From contig OY843768.1 of the NCBI GenBank assembly GCA_963693095.2, positions 1,120,001 through 1,184,000 of the forward strand: 64,000 bases of DNA, read 5' to 3'. The position numbers were made by a program, and so were the translations under genes. This document shows, piece after piece, positions 27,983 through 37,400 of this stretch. Origin of the DNA: Cenarchaeum sp. (GTDB lineage: Archaea; Thermoproteota; Nitrososphaeria; Nitrososphaerales; Nitrosopumilaceae). The notes below the pieces were generated by a model. It was given only the letters and a program-made list of their open reading frames with translations. It did no database searches and was not told where the DNA came from. Within the stretch, counting starts at the first letter, position 1, and each line of letters starts with the position of its first letter.

Positions 27983-29385
27983 GCCATCTCGGAGCGGCGC
28001 GCGTGTATGGCGCGTATCGCGCGCGCTATGGAGTCATCTGCGTCATCAACTAGGACGATTATGCGCGAGGTCTCCTCCTGGGCGTCCATGTTGAGTATGT
28101 TGAGGCCCGCCTCGCCGATGCACGCGCTCACGCGCGCCACGACGTGCTGTGCGCGCGACATCTCGTCGCCTATGAGCGTGATCACGCCACGCCCGTGCGT
28201 CACGCTGCAAAACGGGTCAAACTTTCGGAGGTAGCGAACGTTACGGCGGACATACTCGCCGTCAAGGAACAGTATGCGCGCGTACGTGATGCCAGACTTT
28301 GTGAACGGCGAGAGGATGACATACTCCTCATAGCGCCGCTCATCGCGCAGCGAGTCGATGAGCGCGCCGGCAGCAGACGACTCTAGGCCAACGATGGCGC
28401 AATCGCTCTTGCCGGTAACTATCTTTAGCGGGTTGCCGCCGTCACTAGCCGGCTCGCGGGCAATGCGCGTGACCTTTGAGGGATTGCGCATGCTAGTGAT
28501 GGTCACGGGAAATCCCGCGCCGCACTCGTGCATCTCTTTTATCGCAATTGGATCAAGTATCGTCATGCCAAACATTCCGGCAATGCGCGCCTCATTGTAG
28601 GAGAGCTCGCGTATCTCATCCACAGTGTCGACTATGCGCGGGTCAGCCGATGCAACATTGCTGTCCTTTTCAAGGTCAATGACAACATCATAGTCGCCAG
28701 AAAAGAGTAGGCCAATGTCGACAGCAGTCCTGTCAGAGCCCCCGCGCTCGTACGTCGTGACCGTGCCGCCCTCACTCTTGCCGACAAACCCGCCGATAGT
28801 CACGACGCTGTTGGACTCTACAAGGCCCGCAATGTGCGAGCGTGCCTCCATTGACTTTTCGCGCAAAAAGTTCGTCGACTCGATATTCTCGTCAGTCACT
28901 ATGGGCCATGACCCAAAGTCCACAGCAGCAGCACTAATTCCGGCATCGCGCATGGCAGCAGCGGCAATCAGTGACATTGGAAGCTCACCCGAGTGCGCAA
29001 GTGCGCGCGAGCGAACCTCGTCGGCAAACGAGCGCGAGGCCGCAGCCTCTGCAAGGGCAGCCTCAAAGTGCGCAAGGTGCGCCTCGACTTGGGGACCACA
29101 CGCCTTGCGCGAGTCGGCACTGAGCCTCTCCATGATCGCCCCGTACGCGCGCCGGACGGGGGAGGCATCAGGCGCCGTGCCAAGCTCGGCGGACTTGCCG
29201 CACGAGATGACGACGTCGGTGAGCGACGTGGACTTGCCGCCGTGCTCAGTCGGCGGCGCAGAAAAGACGGCGACGACCCTAGAGGTGGCGGCCATCTCCG
29301 AGACGCGCCGCGATATGTCATGGATCGCCGAGGCGTCCACGCCTATCACGCTGCCGCCAAACTTTGCAACCGTCATGCGCTCCAC
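27979..29385 (-). CDS. lysC: Aspartate kinase
   Basis: VAKFGGS, ERGGSDRTA, ADPRIV, LSYNEA, C-terminal ACT domains. Confidence 0.9.
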   Translation of the reverse strand: MERMTVAKFGGSVIGVDASAIHDISRRVSEMAATSRVVAVFSAPPTEHGGKSTSLTDVVISCGKSAELGTAPDASPVRRAYGAIMERLSADSRKACGPQVEAHLAHFEAALAEAAASRSFADEVRSRALAHSGELPMSLIAAAAMRDAGISAAAVDFGSWPIVTDENIESTNFLREKSMEARSHIAGLVESNSVVTIGGFVGKSEGGTVTTYERGGSDRTAVDIGLLFSGDYDVVIDLEKDSNVASADPRIVDTVDEIRELSYNEARIAGMFGMTILDPIAIKEMHECGAGFPVTITSMRNPSKVTRIAREPASDGGNPLKIVTGKSDCAIVGLESSAAGALIDSLRDERRYEEYVILSPFTKSGITYARILFLDGEYVRRNVRYLRKFDPFCSVTHGRGVITLIGDEMSRAQHVVARVSACIGEAGLNILNMDAQEETSRIIVLVDDADDSIARAIRAIHARRSEMA

Positions 29386-29451
29386 ACGTGCCCACCTGCG
29401 CGCCCACGGGGCACCCTAAGTTTAAATGGATTTTGGCCCGCGCGCGCCGAC

Positions 29452-29526
29452 GGGCCCATGGTCTAGATCGGTCATGATATCGCCCTTACACGGCGAGGAT
29501 CCGGGGTTCAAGTCCCCGTGGGCCCA
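29452..29526 (+). tRNA. tRNA-Val(UAC)
   Basis: GGGCCCA...CTTACAC...GTTCAAGTC...TGGGCCC-A; TTTAAAT 31 nt upstream. Confidence 0.95.
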
Positions 29527-29587
29527 CCTCCCCCATCACGCGGGCAGGCGTGCGCGCAGGCATCCCCTGCGCGCCTGTGAATTGGGG

Positions 29588-29661
29588 TGCAGTTGCCGGG
29601 ATTTGAACCCGGGTCACGAACTTGGCAAGCTCGCATAATAACCAACCTATACTACAACTGC
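29588..29661 (-). tRNA. tRNA-Gly(GCC)
   Basis: GCAGTTG...TTGCCAA...GTTCAAATC...CAACTGC-A. Confidence 0.95.
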
Positions 29662-29715
29662 GCCAACGCGCACGGCTCGGCGGCCAACTCTATTAAACCA
29701 TACTGCCGCGCGACC

Positions 29716-31047
29716 CTAGTCGTCCGTGCCTAGCCTCGAGAGCCTGTCGCCGGCCTTGAAGAGAAACGGCGACATGAACGCAGTCACGACGGCGACGACT
29801 CCGACGAGCGGAAAGACAAAGGCGCTCACTGCGCCAATGTCGACGCCGGACTTTGCGATGACGATCGAGAACTCTCCGCGCGGCGGCCCGAGGGCAAAGG
29901 CGGCCCGAAACGACCTCTTGCGGCCCTGGCGTCCCAGGATGCAGCCGGCAAAGTTTGCCCCCAGCTTTACTGTGACAGAGACGGCGATGAGGGCGATGGC
30001 GACTAGAATGTACCCCTGTATCTGCGAGACGTCCATGAGCGCGCCGACAGAGACAAAAAAGACGGCGACGAACATGTCCTTTATAGGACTAGAGATGAGC
30101 TTGGAGACCTCGGACGAGCGCGACTCGGCGACGAGAACGCCGGCGAGGAACGCTCCAATGGCAACAGAGAGGCCAACGATATTGGCTAGGAGCGCATAGC
30201 CAAAGCAGACGCCAAGAACGCTCAAGAGGAGTATCTCGCGGTGCTCGGTGGCTGCCATCCTGTCGATGAGCGGCGGGATGACGCGCGTGCCGACAGTAAA
30301 CGTGCCGACGATTAGGCCGACGGCGACTATAATGACGACGGCGATGCTCTCGACTGATATGGTGCCTGCAAGGACGACTGACTGGAGCGACGTGATAAGT
30401 ATGACTGCGACGATATCCTCGACGATGAGCACGCCGAGGACGAGGATCGACGAGTCCTTGCGTATGCGCCCGGAATCCTCGAGGAGCTTTACTATTATCG
30501 CCGTGCTGCTGATCGACAGGGCCGCAGCTATAAAGAGCGCATCAGTTGTCCCCATGCCAAAGGCAGTCGCGACTGCAAGTGTCGCGCCCATTGTGGAAAA
30601 GACGCCGAGCGTGCCTATTCCCATGGCCACCTTTCCTATCGAGCGTATGCGCGCATAGGGAAACTCGATCCCGATGACAAAGAGGAGCATGATTATGCCG
30701 ATATCGGCAAAGAGGTTGAGGGCCGATGCGTCAGAGAGGAGGCCCAGCGCGCCATCTGGCGCAGGCGAGCCGACTGGCAAGAGTCCTGACCAGAGCGGGG
30801 AGAGCGGGCCGATGAGCATTCCGGCAAAGAGGTATCCGAGGATGAGCGGCTGGCGTATCTTGAAGAACGCAAGCGTCACTATGGCGCCGATTATCATGAT
30901 GACTGCGAGATCCGTGATGAATGACGCGTGCGGGAGCTCGGGCGTTATCTGCTCAATGATCGCCGAAAAGCTGCGAGTTATCGTTCCCTGGATGCCCGCG
31001 TCCGGCGAGGCGGACTGGAGAGTGTACGAGGTGATCATGTGCCCCAC
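29716..31047 (-). CDS. Cation:proton antiporter (CPA2 family)
   Basis: QPLILGYLFAG, SISSTAII, GVLIVEDI, GAFLAG, FFVSVG, RGEFSIVIA. Confidence 0.9.
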   Translation of the reverse strand: MGHMITSYTLQSASPDAGIQGTITRSFSAIIEQITPELPHASFITDLAVIMIIGAIVTLAFFKIRQPLILGYLFAGMLIGPLSPLWSGLLPVGSPAPDGALGLLSDASALNLFADIGIIMLLFVIGIEFPYARIRSIGKVAMGIGTLGVFSTMGATLAVATAFGMGTTDALFIAAALSISSTAIIVKLLEDSGRIRKDSSILVLGVLIVEDIVAVILITSLQSVVLAGTISVESIAVVIIVAVGLIVGTFTVGTRVIPPLIDRMAATEHREILLLSVLGVCFGYALLANIVGLSVAIGAFLAGVLVAESRSSEVSKLISSPIKDMFVAVFFVSVGALMDVSQIQGYILVAIALIAVSVTVKLGANFAGCILGRQGRKRSFRAAFALGPPRGEFSIVIAKSGVDIGAVSAFVFPLVGVVAVVTAFMSPFLFKAGDRLSRLGTDD

Positions 31048-31083
31048 GGCATGACACGGTATTGTGGCCTAGTTTGCGCTCGC

Positions 31084-31389
31084 CTATTCGACGACTTCGA
31101 GGTGGCCAAACTTGCCCTTTGTGAGCGACTTTTTGCCCTTGAACTCGTTGATGTAGCCGTTGTTGATCCTAACCTTGCAGCCCTCGGTGACCTTTGAGAT
31201 GTCCTCGCCCCAGAGCGTGAGGTCTATCTCGCCGCCCGAGTCATCAGCGAGCGTCATGTCGCAGACGTCTGCCGTGCCGCCCCTCTTTAGGTTGACCGTG
31301 CGCACCTCGCCCTTTTTCTTGAGCGAGCCCTCAAAGTTGACTCCGCTAGTCATGCCCTTGGCAATCTCTGCGGTGACAAATTCAGCCAT
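31084..31389 (-). CDS. Single-stranded DNA-binding protein (single OB fold, RPA/SSB-like)
   Basis: ADDSGGEIDLTLWGE..VRINNGYINEFKG..LTKGKFG; TTTATAA promoter. Confidence 0.88.
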   Translation of the reverse strand: MAEFVTAEIAKGMTSGVNFEGSLKKKGEVRTVNLKRGGTADVCDMTLADDSGGEIDLTLWGEDISKVTEGCKVRINNGYINEFKGKKSLTKGKFGHLEVVE

Positions 31390-31456
31390 CGGCAGCACCC
31401 CCAATATGTGGCATTATAAAGCTGTCGCATGACCCGCACGGCGCAGGCGCGCAGGC

Positions 31457-34400
31457 CTAGGGGGTCGGAGGCATATACTCTACTATAGGCGTCGCAGCCG
31501 TGTCCGCGACCGTTTCATGATATAGCGTGACTGACGTGGCGCCCGAGAGGAGGAGCGCATGGGCCGCAGGCACTCCAGGGGCCGGCGAGACGCCAGAGGC
31601 GGCCTCGCCGCCGATGCGCCAGTCAGATGCCATGAGGAGGCCGCTGACTGGCTCTAGGAACGTCACGGCCGTCATGCCCCTGCCGGCAGTCTGCGCGACA
31701 AACGTCGGGAGGACCGTGTCGACGACTATGCGCGTCTGGCCGGCGTCGATGTCAGCCGGACCCACGCCGATGGCGTTGCCTGAGGCATCCCAGGCCTGTA
31801 TGGCAAATGCGAGCTCGCCCTGCGCGGCCCCCGTTGCCGGAACGACTAGCGCGTATGTCCAGGACGTCGACTGGTCAGACGGCGAGGCGGTCATGCCGGC
31901 AGTGGCTCCGAGAATCTCGATCGTCGGCGTGTTCGAGCCGGCCGGCTCATCAAGCGTGAGTGATGCAGTTATCATGTCATCGGCATTTGCGTATCTCGGC
32001 GCTGACGGGGAGGCCACGCTGCCGTCATGCGTGAGGGCAAATGAGAGCGAGGCGGCAGCCGGCCTGAACGCGTCGGTGATCATCGTGACGTCGGCGTTGG
32101 CGGCCAGGACGTTTGCTGGAGTCGCCCAGTCGCGTATGCGGCCCGCGTCATCAGCACCGGCGACATATGCGACTGTGAGCTCGGCGAGTGCGCCTGAGGA
32201 GGGCGCGTGTGTGAGGAGCAGGCCGCGCCAGTCATCGACGATCGTGACGTCGCTGACTGCAAGTGGGGTGTCATCACTCGTCTCCGTCGTGCCGTGCGTC
32301 TCGGTCACCGTCCAGTGGGCCGCGCGCATCTCCGGTGTGGACGCGTCATCAAGGCGTATCCTGTCAGTCACTGGATCAAGGCGCACAACTGTTCTGTCTG
32401 TCGAGATTGCCACTGCCGTGTGCGGCCTCGGGGGAGTCGTGTCACCATGGCTTGTGAACAGCGTAGTCGGCTCAAACGGCACGCCGTTGGCGTCCGTCAC
32501 CGAGGACGATATGGTGATGCGCACCTCGGGGTATTCGGGTGTCGGCACGGAGAGATCAGGTGACCCATCACCATCATCAAGGGAGTCACCATCAATGGCG
32601 CGTAGGGAGTTTATCTCGATAATGTTGGCGCCTTCACTGTACGAAATTGTGGTGTAAAAACCACTTGTGCTAAAGCCCCCTATGCCAATACCAGCAAGGT
32701 TGGTATCATCAACTGTGCTGACATCAAGCGGCTCACTCACCGATACGGCCAGCGTGTACCGGTCAGAAAAGACCACCTGCGAGGCAGTCGGCGGCGTGGC
32801 GTCATATGTCGCAGTAGCCGGATCGGCAGGCACGTGGGCGTTGCCGCGCGCATCCTGCAGGACCGCAGTGGCACTCACGCTATAGACTGTCGTCTCCACG
32901 GCATCGTCGGCCAGGCCAAGCGTGACTCGCCGCGAGTGCTGTGTGTACGAGACCGCATCAGAGGTGGCCAGAAGGTTGTCAGTAGAGCCAGGAGCCGTGA
33001 CGCTAAATGCGCCTCGTGTAGCCGTGGAGGCCTTTAGCGGCTCGTCAAACTCGGCATACAGCGTCCTCGGGCCGGTGAACGAGGCGCCGACGAGCTCCGG
33101 ACCGTCCGCGTCAGTCGCGCGCGTCACCGTTATCGGGTCAGTCGTCGGCGCGTTGCCGGCAGCATCGCGAATCTCGGGCGGGAGCGATAGCGTGTACGGG
33201 GCGCCTGCCACAAGATCACCGAGCAAAAAGAGGACCAGGCGGCTTTTAGGCGCGGTTCCCAGCTCAGTGCGCGCCGTGGGGTCGTCTGGCACCGCACCAG
33301 GCGAGTTGTCAACCTGCCGGAGATACACGGGAATCTCCAAGCCTCCCTCTGCGGTGAGTGTGAGGCCAGGGGCGTGGAGGTATGGAGGACGAGCGGTGTC
33401 AACAGAGAATGGCAGCAGATAACGTGTGGCCGTAAAGGCGTCAAGAACCTCGTCAAACCACACATGGATCTCGGCATGTACGGCGGACATGGTGGCAGTT
33501 CTGGGCACAAAGGCTGTAGCAGTGGTCGCCACGGCCGGCCCCACACCATCTACGGCCGACGATCCAGTATACGCAACGCTGTTGCCGCCAAAGTCCTCAA
33601 GTGAGCCGTCTCCCGTTGCCACGTATGACAAGGCCGGCGTTGCGCCGGGACCAGAGTTTGTGGCGTGCGTTATGGTTATGGTGGTGTCATCCGTTCCAGG
33701 CTTTATGGCAACAGAGCTCACGGCCCTGTCGGTGCCGTCAGTCACTGTCCACTTGTTCAGGCGGTCTGCTGCGTCTGAGCCCCTAAATCGCACGGGCTCG
33801 CTAAATGTCACGTCTATGGTGGTGCGCGATGTGGTGAGCGCAGACGCAAAGGTCGGAGTCGCGCCATCTGTGGCGATCGTCGTGTGCGCAGGCAGTGCGG
33901 TGTCGCTCGCACTCAGGCGGTTCGCGTCTGTGGAGGGCATATACGATACTGCCGGTGTGGCGCCCGTGGTTCCAAGATCACGGTGGATTAGCGTGATGGT
34001 CGTGGTCCCCTGCTCCAGGGTGGCAGTAGACTGCTCAGAGGAGCCATGCCTGATCAGGCTTGCCGGAGAGCCGTCCACTGTCCACTCTCCAGCAGACGTC
34101 GTCCCGCCCACTGCAGGACTGAACGTGACGGCCGTGCTCGCAGAAGTGGACGTCCTAGCCGTGAACGGCGCCGTGACTGCAGCATATGTTGAGGCTATTG
34201 GAGAGGCCGGTGCCGCATAGTGGACGCCATTGGCGTCGGTGACTGACGTGGCCACTGTCACCTCGTGGGACACAGCAGCGGCATCAGAGGCGAGGCTGAG
34301 CAGCACGGTTTGTGAGCCACGCGAGTGCGTCACGGCGTTTGATGCCGCAAGGAGGTTTGTCTCGCTTTCGGCCACGGTTACAGAGAAGGCGCCGGGAACA

Positions 34401-37400
34401 ATGGTGGGGAATGCCAGCGGCTCGCTAAACGTGAGGAGGAGGGCTCGCGGGCCAACAAACGTGGCGTCGCTGACCACCGGCGCAATCGCATCAGACGCAG
34501 GAATTCCAAGCGACTGGGGCAGCTCTTGTGCTCCAGAAAAGAGTCCGTTTGTTCCGCCCACGCCAAGAGATGGAATATAGTCGATCGCCAGCAGAGAGCC
34601 GCGCGATGCCAGTGTGGCCGCGTCTGGCGCGGCGGCATGGGTCAATGTCATGGAGTCCGTGCCGACGGGCACAAAGATGCGCCCCGTCGCAGTTATTGGC
34701 ACATTGTCCAGGCTCTGTATGCCCAGGGCAGGGGCGACCTCCACTGCCCACGCGCCAGCTGACGTGTACCCGCCAACAGGGCGGTCAAACTCGACAACAG
34801 TGGACGTCGAGGCGACTGACCTGGCCACAAATGACGGCGGCCGGACGTTTAGCACGGGCATGTCAGTGACTGCACCCAGCGCGTTGGGCGGGGATGCAAT
34901 GTCAGTGACATCCCCACCGTCGTCGCGCGGCGAGTACGAGACGCCAAGCGCCGAGAGCGGTGGCGCGGCCTCGTGCGTGAGGACAAGCGTCCTTCCAGCG
35001 TCCGGAGTGGAGAACACGGTTCCAGTATTGAGCGTTCTTGTGAGCGAGGGCAAGTCCACGCCAGTCACGCCAAGTGTCTGTCCAGGGACGGCCGACACTG
35101 TCCAGTGGGCAGGCCTCAGAGCCGTGCGCGAGAGGTCACTGAACGTAACGTCCTCGTCAAAGATGATCGCCGTAGTCGAGAGTGTGCGCGACTCGGCGCG
35201 CATGATGGTCGGCGCTGCCGTGTCCTCGTATGTGGCCGTGATGGCACTAGTGCGCAGCGGCTGACCGGTTCCGTCGTCTGAAAAGTGCGTGCCCACAGTG
35301 TCCGTCACAGACGACGGCACGATGACCAGGTATGCCTCACCGTCGACGGGGGTGCCCGTTACGCGAATTGTGAGGGTGGACTGGCCGGGCACGTATGACA
35401 CAACAGAGTCCCCGAGGCCGCGCACGTATATGCCGTCTAGCGTGGCCGGATCAAGGGCCTCGCTGACTACAAGGCGAACCTCGCCCTTGGAGGCAAACGC
35501 CGCACTAAGTATGGCCGGCGCCCGGCCATGCGTGACCGCTATAGTCTCGGCAGTTGACGCGTTTGTCCCGTCAGACACCGAGGGCACCGTTATCTCATAT
35601 CGTGCACCGTCAAGCAGGACGTGCGTGTCAAGATCCAGGCTGACCAGAGATCCTGCGTTGGCGGAATCATGTGATGGCGTGACGGCAAGTGCGCCGGATG
35701 CCCCAACGCGGCTGACGGCAAATCTGGTCAGGGTTGGATTGGAGAGATCCTCGTCAAAGTGGACGTCAAACCGGTTGTCCCCACGATGGACGATCCTTAC
35801 ATCCGTGACCTGCGGCGGGCTTGTGTCAGACGGGGCGTTGTACGTAACGTCGTGTGTGCGTGAAATTCCAGATCTTCCGTCATATGCGCGAATTGACGCA
35901 AGGAGGCGCACCTCATATGTCGAGCCGTCCACCGCCTCGTTCTCCGTATGCAGCGTCACAATGTTGGATCGCGGGACATAGTCGTGCGCTATTGCGCCAA
36001 GGTCGGCGACCATCACGCTCTCGACGGTTGTGGGGTCAATTGGCCTGTTGAGCGTCACAATTATGGTGTTTGGCGAGGAGAACGCCGCAGAGACGATGTT
36101 CGGGCGCCTGTCATCAGAACGCCTGACGTTCTCGATCGACAGGTCACCAGATATGGCCACGCCGTTGTCGCCCTTTATGAGGCCATGCAGGGTCACAGTA
36201 TAGGCAACACCACTGCGCAGTGTTGATGTGGGGGTTAGGTTTAGTGTGGTAGAGCCCACGTCGTAAGAATGTCTGGAAAAGAGGTTGGTGTCAGACGCAC
36301 TAGGTTCCACTATTGCAAACGAGCCACCATTTAGCGAGTCGGAATCCAGCGGTCTCGTGAGCAGGACGACCACACTGTCACCATTGCTGCTGATATATGC
36401 AGACAGCGCACGTGGTGGATCCACGTCTGCCGGAGTCACTGCGAGGCTACTGGTCTGAAACAGCAAGCCGGAATATCCGGCACCCGGAATCGTGGCAAAC
36501 CTCGCAAGATGGTTGCTAGATGGATCTGCTGGATCGGGCATGAACGTTAACCGTGTACCAGTGGGCAGGATAACAGAGTGTGCCGGTGGCGTGGTGTCCG
36601 GCGCGCGCATGGTATGAAGCGTGACCTCTGTTGAGCCCTCGTTGTATTCGGCCACAACGTCCCCCAGGGGCGGTGAGACTCCAATCGTGACTGCCCCACG
36701 AAATCCAGCTGTGCTTCCGGGGGAGCCCGGATCAAGTAATTGGGGCTGCATGTCAACAAATGGAAGCGGGCCGGCAGAGAAGTCCAGTGGGCGATCAACG
36801 GAGATGCGAATGGCACGATCGCCCACAAATGCCGCCTCTCCTACTCGGGGACTCGCCGTGACGCCCGAAAGCAAAACAGAGACCCCAGATGACCCTGTTG
36901 CCGGAATGGGCAGCTCTCCGGCAAGCTTGTTCGTGTTGGCGGCGTTGGGTGTGTATTCCACGCGTAGTGTCCTCGCAGTAGAGTCCAGCATATAGTCAGT
37001 CACCAGGATCATCTGCGTAAACGCGTCGGTGCGCGAGAACTGGCGTGCAAGGGCAGAGTCGTCAGCCCCGATAAGGCGTGGTGACGAGGACGCCACGACG
37101 GTGTTCGAGTCGTTGATCAAGGACACAGTCCACTCGGAGGCGCTTGTGCTTCCTGTTATGGCCTGCGAAAACGCGATCGAGAGACCCACATTGCCCGAGG
37201 AGTGGGGCATGACAGAGTCAGGCACGATGGAAAATGACGGAGCCGCAGCCGATGAGATCGACTGTGATAGTGTAAAGGTTGTCGGATTATACGCATTGCC
37301 GGCTCTGTCAGCGAGTGTGGAGGGTATCGCGAGCGTGTGCATCCCCTGCGCGGCCAGTGGATCCAGGGTCAGGATCACACGGGTCGAGTCTGGAGCATAT